DNA from: the human T2T-CHM13v2.0 reference genome, Homo sapiens
Direction: 5' to 3' (one strand)
Assembly (NCBI RefSeq): GCF_009914755.1
Contig: NC_060928.1
Length of the DNA: 64,000 nt
Shown here: positions 18,986 to 31,876 of the stretch, one piece after another
Layout of the letters: each line of letters opens with the position of its first letter
Position numbering within the stretch: position 1 is the first letter of the stretch
Made by a program: the position numbers and the translations under genes
The notes under the pieces: generated by a model
The model's input: only the letters and a program-made list of their open reading frames with translations
Told to the model about the DNA's origin: nothing
Database searches by the model: none

Positions 18986-19738
18986 ATTTAGTTCATCTCC
19001 ACTTTACCATTGAGCCTACATTTTGCCCAAGGCCAGATGGTGAAATGAAAGGACACTTGGTGAGTGTCTTCAATGCCTCATCACAAAGGTCTCTTAACAA
19101 GGCAGGTGTCTTGAAATCTGGACAACTTCAAGATTCACTTCACATGAGAGTGATTCCACTTTTGGAGGACTTCCTAAAGGCTGGCCAACACAAAGGCTTC
19201 TGTGAAGACAAGGTCCTCAGGGTCAGTGACAGCCTTCTCACACTGGATCCTTGGTAAAAACAAGTCAATAGGCACTGAACTGTCAATGTTGACAATCTGT
19301 TCCAAAATAATCTACCATTATCTTTTCCAAGCGCTTACTAAGCCGCACAGCTGTTTTCTGTTTCACTAAAAATAATCTGTTCTCTATCACCTTATTTTAA
19401 AGTCATTTTTCAGCTGAATATCTGTAAGCACAGTTTGCAGAATTCCTAATTATTTCACTATGTGCCTTCTCTCTCTCTCTTTCCAAGATTCTATGATTTA
19501 AGATATCTTTACTTTGACTGAAACACTGGAATATCTTCTGTGTCATAAGGAGTATTTGGAATATGAATTCTTGGAGGATAGGCATTATAAAGATGTCTTT
19601 CATCTTAATATGCCCACAGCACCTTGTTCACAGAAGATACCTGAATGTTTGTTGAATGAATTTACTTGAGATCTTAGCAGGTCCAGCTGTTGAGTTTCTT
19701 CAATATTGATAACTCAGCAAATCTGTCTGGTGGTTGTC

Positions 19739-20040
19739 TGTCAGTCAGGATCAACTAAATTAAGCCCTAATAACACAACTTTATTGTATTAACACACTGA
19801 GATTTAGCAGTTGTTTCTTACGCTACATGCCCAAAGGACAGCAGGGGAGTTCTCTTCAACAAAGTCACTTAAGGATCTGGAATGAGAGGTTTCATCTCAA
19901 CATATACTTCTATGATCACACAGGCAAGAAAAGGAAATATGGCAAATTAAAGACTGGCCCTTAAAGTTCCACTCAGAAGTGACATATATCCCTTTGCACT
20001 GGTTTCTTCGGGCAAAGCAAGTCATATAACTAGCTTCAGA
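19739..20040 (-). mobile_element. MLT1 (ERVL-MaLR) LTR fragment
   Basis: TGTCAGTCAGGAT...CAGAAGTGACATAT...GGCAAAGCAAGTCATAT pattern. Confidence 0.55.
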
Positions 20041-20194
20041 ATTTTTTTTAAACAATGTACTTAGTAATGTAGTTTTCACCAGAAAAAAAAATGTAGCATG
20101 AATTTGTAATTATGTATTTTGCCCTGAATTATCTTGGCTCCCTACTTCACTTTAGAAGAGACGTATCAACCTAAAAGCAGAGGTTTATACTGCA

Positions 20195-20251
20195 CAAATA
20201 AAGAGTCAAAAACCAAGACAAAGGTATGCAGTTGCAAAATGGCCATTTATT
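20195..20251 (-). terminator. Probable distal polyadenylation signal of CNOT6L
   Basis: AATAAA (plus strand tttatt 20246-20251) followed ~25 nt downstream by TTTGTCTTGGTTTTTG; repeat-derived DNA begins shortly beyond. Confidence 0.7.
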
Positions 20252-23200
20252 GCCTACAGGGGAAGGAAAGGGAGGGAGAGAGGGGAAGTACACAGGTGCA
20301 AGGAAACAAGCATATATTTAGCCCTATACATCATGTGTGAGCAGTAACCAATCTCCAAAATGGAAAAAAATATTTTGTTATCTGACATAGTAGTTAAGGT
20401 TCTTAAGCACCTCCCTTCTGAGCTGCCACAAGATTTAAAAGGCAGGACTGCTTTTTTTTAGTCAATGTTCACATTAATGAAAAAATACTACCAACCGTGT
20501 CCTTTTGCACGCACACTTTGTACAGTGTCTATTGTGAAAAACATCTCAGCTGAGCAGTTTTGGTCAAGATTCAGACCTCATCAACTGTTTAACTGTAATA
20601 AATAGAAAAATAAAGCAGCTGGTGATTTTGTCAGAGAGAATGTGTTCAGTAAGAGTAGAACCACTTTCTCCAGGGATGGCAGAGAGTGTTAAATGGTTAA
20701 AACACCTACAGAACCAGTCTATTAAACATTAAACACTAGCAAGCTACAATTACATGGCACTTCATTAAATAGTCTAATTTAAAAAAAAATCTTAGATTTT
20801 AAACTGATTACTGAAACACAAAAACAAGTTGATTTAGTCCTTGGCTTTTTCTTAGAACAAAAGCAAAGTAAATATACAACCTAAAACAGCAGAATTTGTT
20901 TTGGAATAGTATCAATGGAAACTACCAAGTATTCAGGGAAAAAGTTACTAAAACACCTTGCTTGGTTTTACAGTCATGTGCTTTGCTTTGCAACCATTAG
21001 AATTAGATAGTTACAAAAACACTTTATAGGTCACAGAATGACTCAAATGTATGCAAAATAATGAATTCTTTAACTTAATGCCAGGTAATGAAAATAAATG
21101 AACCTTTCCCTACTCAAAACGATAAATTGAGTGGAAAAGTAGATTGTCCCATGGACAATTAGTTGGCACTTGTTATATAGTTGAAAAAAATCACAACAGA
21201 AGATATAAATTAATCGATGGTGAATTTGACCAACACCCTGGCCCTTATAGAGAGAAAAAGTACATACACACTCTCTTTAAAAAAAAAAAAAAGCCCTCCA
21301 TACTTCCCCACTCCAGAGACAACAAAGCCAAAGATGAAACATTCAACCTTCTCAAAATATTCCAAGTAGTTCTATTGAACTCTGTATCTCAGCTTCTCCA
21401 AGATGAAAAAGTTGTTTGCATTTGGACAACAACTGTACGAATGCCCATAGTGCACATCTCAGTGCTGCTGGTGTTTAAGAAATTTGTCACTCATAACCCT
21501 GAACAATTCCAGATCCAGTGTGCAGTAACACAGCCATCCAAATCCCTCCCCTTGAAAAGTTGGCAGAGCACCGCTCAGGAATTTCACAGGTAAGGGAATA
21601 TATTTTTAGCAAGTTAAGCACAGAGAAAGGACAGTACAGTTTCTAAGTAAATACAGACCCAGATACTGCATCACTTACTGCATCAAGATTGAAACAAGCA
21701 GCAGGATACTAAGTCTGTTTGGTAAGAAGCAAAGCCATTGTTTGACATCAATGCTGAACCAATTTTGTGACTTCAGATAACTACAAACTAAATTAAATTG
21801 GTACATATAACAATTGATAGCTTGAAAGACAATACATCAGTGATTTGAAATTAATACGAAACTGAAATGAGCAAGAAAGGACCACTTCTGAGAGGGTTAC
21901 CATGATTCTTACGCTTTAGAGTTAAAAGTGACAGACATACAACTGGAAAATTATCTAAATTTTGAGAGATTGTTCTAACAAAAATAACTAGTACTAGGCA
22001 CCAAACTAGAGCCTCCGAAAGATTCTGAAAGCTGAATGGACCATGCTACCACCATGCCAAAAGAGTCATATCACTTGGCATTTGTATATCCTTTCCATAA
22101 TGTGATTTGTTTCTGATGACATACTTCTAAAATGCAGTTCAATGCTACTCAGTTTATACAATGTACCATAAAAAAAAATTAACAATTAATAAGCACAAAT
22201 GTCCTTATGTCATAGGCTTTGAAAGTGAAAACTATTTTACTTAAAAAATATTCTATTACTTCAATGTCATGTCTGTTGAACGAGGAACTCAACATGCTTA
22301 TTTTCCTTTGGTTCCAAGAAAAACCCAAGTCTAACCAAATGTATGCCACAAGGAACTGCCAACTGGGTTAAAGCTTGGTATTTTCCTGGTTATCACCCTA
22401 TTTCCTGGTGTAGGACCTGGGGTTTAATAGAGACATTTACATAAAAAAGGTATTTGGTTAAAACAAGAAATATGCATGCTCTTCCTTACCACCTTCCTGG
22501 AAAGAACTGCTTTTTTTTCTTTCTTTCTGTGAATCTTGTTCAAGACATCCTGTAGTTTAGATATATGGGCTGCTTCTTTTTTACCCTCAAGCTTTTAGGT
22601 GACACTTATAAAGGTGAGCATATCATTCTATAAAATGAAAGATGCTCTTGGCATCCTGTTCTTAAACAGATTAGAACTTTGGTAAATAAGACAGATTAAA
22701 GATGTACTAAAATGTTTGAATTAATTTTGGTGATCATGATGCTATTACAAAATTAGAATCGCCCAAAGCAACCATAGTATAAAAGTTCTCATCTGCCTAC
22801 AAATTTAAAACTTTAGTTCAAGCTTCTGGCTTCCCTAGTTAATTTCTCTACCTACAATTCACACAGTTCTCCAAACATGGTATGACTCAAAGGGAAAGGC
22901 GTAAATGAATCTACTACACATTAGAAAGGTGACCTTTTTTAAAGGGTAGGGCAGGTGGGAAAAAAATATCTCATCAATGTGAGAATTCACATTTCTGTCA
23001 AAATGTAAGTATGTATGAGTGCTATTTTGAAAATGTGCCATAAAGTCTTTGCTTGCTATAAAAACCATTATTTTCCAAAAACTGGTCAGCATATTTTGCA
23101 AAGCTATTAAAATATCTCAGAAACAGAATAAAAAAGCTTAGAATCAAATAAGCATTGGGACACAGTCAATTTTATCATTAGAAAATCTAGCCATGTATTA

Positions 23201-26200
23201 GGAATGACATAATGATGTGGTTATATGCCTCTGGTTCTTCAAAGAATGTATTTAGCCTATTCTTCCCTGTGCTTTCTATAGTCTGCTGTTTCATACTAAA
23301 AGTATAGATGGCATTAGTGATTTTTAGAAACGCTTGGAAATGCAAATATAAACTTAAATTTTCACCCATTTAACAATATAAACTTAGAATTTTAAAATGG
23401 AACACTATATTTGCCCATGTTCCAGTTTTAATGTGCCACATCCTCAATTCTAATATAATCTACCATAGAATCAAGTGATATGAGCCTTAGATATCTTTCA
23501 ACTTTCTCCCTTGCTTCTCTGTGATTTAATATATAACTTTAAGACACCAAAAAAATAGGGGCAAATAAGAAACAGCTTTTATATTTTTGCCAACTACACT
23601 AAAACACAGTGGCTTCTTTAATACATTCACACAGGATGCTAATTAGTAAAATTAAATACCTGCCTATGAATATCAGAAAAGTAATTTGAAAAGAAAGAGC
23701 TTGGAACAAGGCAAATGGGAGGGGAGGAAAAGCTGGTCTCAGAACCCATTGTGCCATACCTGACTTCAACATGTGATATTCAAACGAATGTTCACACGCC
23801 TTACATCAAAGAAATGAAACAAAAATATTCAGCTATGTTATTATACAAAATTTTTTTTACATAAAACATCATAAATCTGGAACAGATTTACTATATCTGA
23901 ATTCTAAAAAGTTGCCTATAGAATGGTGCTGGGATTCTGTTCTCTGCTTGCTTTTAGGCAGTGCTGTTGCTTAAAAGTTGACACCAGGCACAATATTTTA
24001 AAACAAAATCAACGAGCAAGGAGCAGTAGGTGGATCTGAGCCTTTCCCAGATGTCAGGCCTGAGGATGCTGCAATATTCCCCATCAAAATGTGTAAAGCT
24101 ATGAGGTGGATACTGATGCCTGAGAGAGTGGGTGACTTGACATGCACTTGTACGACTGTAATAATGGCAAACAGTACAGTTTTCTCTTCCTCAAACAATA
24201 CTGTTTTAGTAAATTTTAAGAACATTCCGGTTCTTAGACAAATATCGAAATAATATTTAACAGTTTTAAAAAAACATGTATCACATTCTAAAAATGCCCA
24301 GATTTTCTTTTATCTTCTGATTAAAATATGCAGCAGCCCAATGGCATAAAGCTTAACTCATTCTGATAACTAGAAAGTATATGAGCATATACATTTTACT
24401 TTCATTGAATATATATATATATATGTCATTCACCTCTTCCTTTTGGCTTCTCACTGCCAAAGTTCCAAATGGCATGCGGTTTAACAAGACAATGCTGAGG
24501 AAAGCAGCATTTCTGATCATCTGAATTGGCAGCTCAAAACAGATACCACTCCTTTTACAAAGGGAACAAAGGGTGAAGGGTATGTGAAATTTGGGCAGTG
24601 GGCTAAAGGGAAACCGTGCACATGAAATTTGGGTTACCATGCCCCAAGTGTGTACCACCCAAAACATAACACAATTACCTACTTCAACAGAGCTACTACC
24701 AACATTTACTAAAACCACATTAAAAATACACAGGATAATGAATGGTTTGAAAGAGCGCATTTGAAGCAGAGAGAACCCAATTACACACCTTCCTGCAACA
24801 GAGTGCCTCGATCATACACAAAATAAACTTAAGCTGTTTACAATGTTTCCCATTTTTTTTTTATTTTTTCCCTCTACATTTAACTATTAAAAAAGTTTTT
24901 TATTAATAAATGGGCTCCTCTGTGGTTCATATACAATCATAAGTGAACTTTAAATTCCATTTTATACAAACATCTCAAAAAATATTGGGAGTGAAGTATG
25001 GTAGGAAATATTGCTCACATTGCTAATTAACATGCGTATATGAAAGGAGGAAAATGTTTTGTTAGTGCATATACCTCCAGAGCAGAAAACCCACCCAAAA
25101 CAAAAGATCTAAAATAAAACATACAGTAGCTGATTACAAAAAAAGGTAATGTCCACAAAATTAAGTTTTTCATGCTATTCTACTTTCCAGTACTATGCTT
25201 CAGGTAATCAATTTGCATGGCTAGATGTTGGATACTTGAGGTATATAAGAAGGGAAACCTGCATGTTGAGGAAAATCTGTCATCTTAAGGGTTGTTTCTT
25301 TTTGTTTGTTTATCCTGGTACTTTAACATTTTTAAAAGATATTTTATTTACATCAAAATTCACTGAACTACAATGACATTCCAATTATAATAGATGACAA
25401 ACAACGCCTCTATCACTAGGCACTTTTAAAAGGGAGTTCAGGCTTTACAGAACCCTTCTGATGCAATCCCATGTATGATATGACATCATCCCACCACCCT
25501 CGTCCCACTAAAATTACCCTCTGGGGAAATATTACCTTATATAGCCTGATTAATTTACTATGGAAGAAATTAGCATAAAATGACCAAAGTAAATGCATCA
25601 TTTAAGACTAATAAAACAGCCGAAGATGTCAGGTTTGAAAGAGGAGACAAATTGTGTATATTTAAAACTAATTAAATAATTTAAATTTGACCTATACTTT
25701 ATATATTAGTGAGACACAAATATAGGCTATTGTCTTTTAAAATTTCATTCACATAATGGAAAATTTCTTGTTTATTAAAAATATCACATTTTGAGACTAG
25801 AAACAGTAAAGTGCATGAAAAGTTTAAAATATAAATTTCAGAAAACTCTTATAGCAGCAAAAAAGCAGAATAAAGAAAAACTTAAAAACACAGACACAAC
25901 CTTTTCCTGTTACTGTGCCATAATTAACATCAAGTAGCCAACCAATTTTTCCCCAGAAAACAGTATTCTGTTCACTGCCTCTTGAGTCACAGATTTTCAA
26001 CTGGCCCCTCCTAGGCAAAAAAAAGATTCCAACATACCTAAAGGCATCAACAATTGGGAATAAACCAGTAGCTTCTTAATTCAACCCTGACAGACAACTG
26101 AAACAAAGATTAAAAGCATATGATGGCCATTTGGCAGCTAGAGTCAGGAAAATGACCCAACGTTTTCAACTACTGCCCCAAATTTGTTCTCTCTCCCAAA

Positions 26201-27247
26201 TCCTTTGCACTGTCATCTCAAGAAACCAACAGCCACATAATCTATGTTGGAAACACATAAAATATCTGTATGATTTTCCCCATCTGAAACTTTGATCAAG
26301 GCCTTTTTATTCAGCAGACTTTTTTCTTCTTTTAACATTTGACTATAATGGCAAAAATGACATAGGTCATATAACATCTGTTTTCCTGGCACAACCAGAC
26401 AGAAGGTTGAATTGGAATAAGGAAAAATTCATTCCGTGGGCATCCTAAACATACCACATTCTATTTTCAAGGTATGTGGCAATACAGATTACTTACTTTT
26501 TCTCTATAAATAAACTTGAGAGACAGGCTTAGAATTAATACTTCCAATAAGGTTATATATAAAGGACAAAAAAACCAAAGTGATTCCTCAAAAAAACTCC
26601 AAACCAGCATTTGGCCAACAAATTGTCATGTGGTGTTACATGCTGGATTATAAAAGTATACTGTGCAACCATCTTTAATTTTTCAAATTTTCTTACCATG
26701 TATAGAGGCTATATCATAGTTTATGGACTGAACAAGTAAATTTAAGTACTCTGTTAATGTGCAAATGACTTTGGAATCCAAAAGTCAGTTATAAAGGAAA
26801 AATTCAAGGTTTTCCCTGGAAGGCATATCATCATTCAGTTTAAAATACTGTATTTATAGTTTTTAAAAATTGCCTTTTATAAAATGGTTGGCTCACTGAA
26901 ACCATTCAAAAGAAAGTATTTGTTTTGGAAAAACAAATACACTGTTATTGGGCCTCAAATTGGTAATTTATCAATTTTGAATGCTGGCTGTTAATACAAT
27001 ATAAAGAAGGTCCAATTTAAAAACATGTTAAATTAAAATTTTGTAAAGAGAGTAATACTTTGGTTCCAGCCCTACTGCCAAATGATACCAATATGCACAA
27101 AAATGTACAAAGTCTTACAGCAAACACATAATGAAAGAAACCTGAAGAAGCAGCTTAAGGATGGCCATACTTCACTCCTACATACTTTGATTTACAACTG
27201 TACAGGTCCATAGCAACAGATCCCCGTCTTGGCGGGGCAGTACTCCA
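20225..27247 (-). other. CNOT6L: CNOT6L long 3' UTR (~7 kb); distal end approximate
   Basis: Continuous AU-rich sequence with no Alu after the stop codon, ending at AATAAA plus a GU-rich downstream element. Confidence 0.8.
24409..24424. repeat. (AT)8 microsatellite in the 3' UTR
   Basis: Read directly from the sequence. Confidence 0.85.
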
Positions 27248-27460
27248 CTACCTCCGATTAGGCAAGTGAACACCATTGACAAGAGGCAGGAGTGGAGGGT
27301 GGAGTTCAAGTTGTGTTAACAGTGAGAAGTGGTCTGAAGGGATGTGAGGGTGTGGACACCCAGTGATGTTGTTCTCAACCAGCCATTGAGGATCTAAAGG
27401 CCCCAGGACACCAAGCACGTTCATATGAGTCTTGGAATAGAAAATGTAGTCAATCACGCC
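27248..27460 (-). CDS. CNOT6L: CNOT6L last coding exon 12 (IDYIFY and PSDH motifs, D489/H529), includes stop TAG
   Basis: CTTTCCAG|GGC acceptor; GVIDYIFYSK...PSDHFSLLTQLELHPPLLPLVNGVHLPNRR* is the CCR4/EEP C-terminus. The tail matches CNOT6L rather than CNOT6 as I recall them. Confidence 0.97.
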   Translation of the reverse strand, partial: GVIDYIFYSKTHMNVLGVLGPLDPQWLVENNITGCPHPHIPSDHFSLLTQLELHPPLLPLVNGVHLPNRR

Positions 27461-28505
27461 CTGGAAAGAGATTGGGAATAGGAAAAAAAGAAAAATTCAA
27501 GATATATAAAGAACAATCCATAATTTATAAAAACCAAAAAACTGACTACCCTTTCTTCTGGTACCTGTTGTCTTGATAGTGGGTCAAATAAGGCTCAAAT
27601 ATTCAATGGGTATTACATGAAATAAAGGTGGCTCAATAGGGAAACACAGCATGCTATTGGAATTATAAATCCTTCCATTTGTGTGTAAGTGATAATTTGA
27701 GAAGCTAAACACATTAAATTATGTCTAGTCATCTTTAGAATTGGCCTGCTTGGTTTAGTGAAATCCAACATATCAGTATAAATATAATGGAGCCTGTACT
27801 AATCCTATTGGCTATAATAAGTAGAAAATAAGAATATTTATATGAGCACATACATAGTTAACGGTATTATTTTCAATTATTTGCATATCAAGATATCCAA
27901 ACACACCTGACTGAAGCTATAGTAAACCATGTTTATGGATTTGCTAATCCTAGTCTAGCTTTCCCAGATTTGCTACATACATACAAAACACTACACAGTT
28001 AACTATTCTATTCTTAATTTAAAATACTCATTTTCACAAATACTGGAATATGTGTAAATTCTGGATTTCCTTGCTACATAAAGACAACTCAGCAAAAATC
28101 ATTCAGCAGGAAGCCATACATAGCAGTTTTATCTCTCAGAGCTAGATGACTGGATTTGTCTGATCAGTAAGTCTAAAACCAGGGGGCTTTTATTATCCCA
28201 GGTTGTGTATGCAAGACAGCAAAATCAAATTTCTTCCTATCTAGTTCCTATTCATATCAAGATAGCCTGAGCCCAAGTAGGGAGAAATATTTCTACACCT
28301 GTAAAAACCTATTTACAAATACTATACATGAGTTCCAGCCAATACTTTAAATGGTATTACAATGAAATGGGCTACTTAAAAAATAAAAACTTTTAATGAA
28401 AACAAATTTTTTTATTGTGAGATTTTGGACACAATCATTTCAGTTTGTTGATTTTCATTTGACCAATATCAAAACACCAAAACTGTTCCTCTTCTAAGAG
28501 ACAAG

Positions 28506-28816
28506 ATTCAGGTGCAGTGTCTCATGCTTGTAATCCCAGCCCTTTGGGAAGTGGGGGCAAGAGGATGGCTTAAGTCCAGGAGTTCAAGACCAGCCTGGTA
28601 AACATAATGAGACCCAGGATTTTACGAAAAATTTAAACATTAGCCAGGTGTAGCAGCAGGCACCCATAGTCCCAGCTACTCGGAAGGCTGAGGCAGGAGG
28701 CTCACTTGAGGCCAGGAGTTTCAAGCTACTTATAATTGTCCCACTGCTTTCCAGCCTGGCTGACAGCAAGACTCTGTCTCTTAAAAAATAATAATAAAAG
28801 AAAAGAAAAAAAAAAA
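28506..28816 (+). mobile_element. Alu (AluJ-like)
   Basis: Diverged dimer with A-rich tail. Confidence 0.9.
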
Positions 28817-29088
28817 GAAGCCCTTATCCAACCTTACTTTACCACAAATTAAGGAACTTACATGAGTCCAGGGGACTCCAAGTTTAAACAGTCAAAAAAT
28901 GATAGGATCATAAGGTATTATCCCTTCATTTTGGTTATAATGCCTAGTTTTACAGTGATATTTTAGAAAATGAGTTACAAGGATCACGGTAGTTTTACTT
29001 CTCCTTATGAGACAACTTTTTGCTTCAATTCTAAAATAAAACACATGAAATAATCTCAATTACTTATGTTGAACAGAATCTCCTATAG

Positions 29089-29363
29089 GGCTGGGCACAG
29101 TGGCTCATGCCTGATGCCTGTAATCCCAGCACTTTCAGAGGCCAAGGCGGGCAGATCACTTGAGGCCAGGAGTTAATTACCAGCCTGGCCAACATGGTGA
29201 AACCTCCTCTCTACTAAAAATACAAAAAAAATGGCTGGGTCTGGGGGCGTGCACCTGTAGTCCCAGCTCCTAGGGAGGTCAAGGCCCAAGAATTGCTTTA
29301 ACCTGGGAGGCAGAGGTTGCAGTGTACTTAGAACACGCCACTGTACTCCAGCCTGGGCGACAA
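29089..29363 (+). mobile_element. Alu (AluS) lacking its poly(A) tail
   Basis: Ends at CCTGGGCGACAA; flanked by CTCCTATA direct repeat. Confidence 0.9.
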
Positions 29364-30792
29364 ACCCTCCTATATCTTACAACCTTATTAGAGTGCCGTC
29401 ATGCACATCAACTGCTAGAGTTCTTTGCAAACGTAGGCCCCAAGAAAAAGTTACACACTCCAGGAAGTAAGACGCTTTTAATTGAATGCATCACTTGTAA
29501 CTATTTTCATGGTTTGAAATATCCAGAGTAAAAACTCTTATCAAAACTCTCAGCCAGGTTATGTCTGTGAATTCACCCAACATATTTGTACATATGCATC
29601 TATGAGGAGGATCCCTAACTTTGATCATATGCACAAAAAAGGTTATAGACTAATGATTTTTAACCCTTTTGAGTCAGTTTCTTTCTTAAAATATTTAATA
29701 TTAATAATGTGGGAAAATGCACTCTTTATATTAGTAAAGACTATTATTGTATAAGTCTATAGAACTGTATTTCAACAAAAAGTCAAAACACAACGAAAAT
29801 ATTAAGTCTGTTACCACTATGCTAAGCTTTTTTAAAAGAATGCCAGAAAATTACAATTTCATAATGTAACAGAAAAGTTTACTATTTGCTATAAAATAAA
29901 AGCTGCCCTTCCTTTTTTTTATTAAATGATTTGGGCACACCCTCAGATTAGAGGATAAACGTGGGGTGAGGAGCAGCAGTAGTAGGTTTGAATTAAGCTG
30001 TTTATTAAACTTACCTGGTCTGAAAGTAATGTTGAAAAAGGAGTAATCCTTCTAATTGTTTACCCTTCAGTTCATTCCAAATCAGTTTGCAATTAAATGA
30101 ATCTGAGCTCTAAATAACTCTTTTCTACATTTCTAGCTTGTTCAAGGACGAAGAAAGTAAACAAATACTAAGCTAAGCAAACAAAATTTAACACCTCACT
30201 GATACAATGGCCCCTCACTAATACAATTGGATCTGCATTTGATGCTGATCACATGGCATTTTATATTTGATGTTACCTACCCTTTTTTACTGATTGCTTT
30301 CAATACTGGGATAGCATTAACTATGTAAAATATATGTATAAAACTGAAAAGTTCATTTTCTGTTACTTGGACTAAGAGCTCAATTCTCTCTACTCAGGTG
30401 TGCCCTTAGTCTCTAGCCATCCTTCCTTGAAATACTATTCTATTGTCTCATCCCATCTATCTATCCAGCCAGCCTATTTATCTTCCCATATATTACTCTC
30501 TCCCACCAACTTATACCTTTATCCTTCTCTCTGATCCTATCTTATACATCCAAACATCAAACACTCTCTGAGCCAGGCATTTCTAGTTCTTTAGCCATAC
30601 TTATTTGAACAATGTAAATGGCTCAATAGGATTTTTGATTCAATTACTAACACATGTAAGAGCTTTTGAAGGACTGTCAGTAAATAATTTTAAACCAATT
30701 CAGATGACTGAGGAAGGTGGATTAATGTCCCAAATTGTGTTTCTCTGATTTTTATTTATGGACAAGGAAGAAGTAAGCTTTAAAAAAGTCTA

Positions 30793-31167
30793 GGCTGGGT
30801 ACAGTGGCTCACACCTGTAATCCTAGTACTTTGGGAAGCTGAGGTGGACGGATTGCTTGAGCCCAGGAGTTCAAGACCAGCCTGGGCAACATGGTGAAAC
30901 CCTGTCTCTACCAAAAGAAAAAACCCTCAAATATACAAAAATTAGCCCAAGACCAGCCTGCGCAACATGGTGAAACCCTGTCTCTACCAAAAAAAACCCC
31001 TCAAAAATACAAAAATTAGCCAGGCATGGTGGCACACACCTGTAGTCCCAGCTACTCAACAGGCTGAGGTGGGAGGATTGCTTGAGCCCAGGAGGGTGAA
31101 GCTGCAGTGAGTCATGATTGTGCCACTCTAGGTGACAGAGTGAGACCCTGTCTCAAAAAAAAAAAAA
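30793..31167 (+). mobile_element. AluJ-like element with internal ~75-bp tandem duplication
   Basis: CAAGACCAGCC...AAAATTAGCC is present twice. Confidence 0.9.
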
Positions 31168-31171
31168 TCTA

Positions 31172-31472
31172 GGCTGGGTAGGGTGGCTCACACCTGTAAT
31201 CCCAGCACTTTGGGAGGCTGAGGCAGGCAGATGGCCTGAACCCAGGAGTTTGAGACCAGCATGGGCAACATGGCAAAACCCTGTCTGTACTAAAAATACA
31301 AAAAATTAGCTGGTCATGGTGGTGTGTGCCTGTAGTCCTCGCTACCTGGGAGGCAGAGGTAGGAGGATGTCTTGAGCACAGGAGTTTCAGGCTGCAGTGA
31401 GCAAAAATCTTGCCACTGCACTCCAGCCTGGGTGACAAACTGAGACCCTATCTCAAAAAAAAAAAAAAAAAA
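31172..31472 (+). mobile_element. AluJ-like element in tandem with the previous Alu
   Basis: Full dimer with A-tail. Confidence 0.92.
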
Positions 31473-31690
31473 GGGCTATGTGAAATAGAATAAAATTTTT
31501 TCTTTTTACCTACACACATACCTGAACAATAATAATAGTTGCAGAATTACTAAACACTTATTTTCGGGAACTTTATCACAGGTTTTCTGGGTTACGCTGG
31601 CAGATATATATCACTATAGTTACAAGGATAGGATTTAAGCTGTGGTAAACTGTATCATTAAAAGGTATTCCTTTAAGCTTACATAAAAGC

Positions 31691-31876
31691 AATGATGTGC
31701 TAGAGTCAGCTAGTGCTAGCTTTCTTAGCACCTCTTCCCAACTCTATGTTCAATGGTATCATGTTGGAAGATAGGATTCTGCTACAGAAGTACTTAAACC
31801 ACAGAAATCGGCAAACACCACAAATCAGAGCTTTTTCCCAAAAAGCTCATTATTAAATATTTACCAGCACATCACT
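31691..31876. mobile_element. MER63-like hAT MITE
   Basis: TGATGTGCTAG / CCAGCACATCA terminal inverted repeats; internal AAATCGGCAAACACCACAAATCAG. Confidence 0.6.

Noticed and set aside
21144-21593. 149-aa plus-strand ORF
   Set aside because: Starts at TTG, antisense to the 3' UTR, runs through an A14 tract, no recognisable domain
24353-24760. 135-aa ATG ORF in the 3' UTR sense strand (possible dORF)
   Set aside because: No homology, crosses an (AT)n repeat, composition typical of U-rich UTR; would need Ribo-seq support
27230-27250. Possible stop-codon readthrough
   Set aside because: Context is TAG-TGG, not the UGA-CUAG readthrough motif
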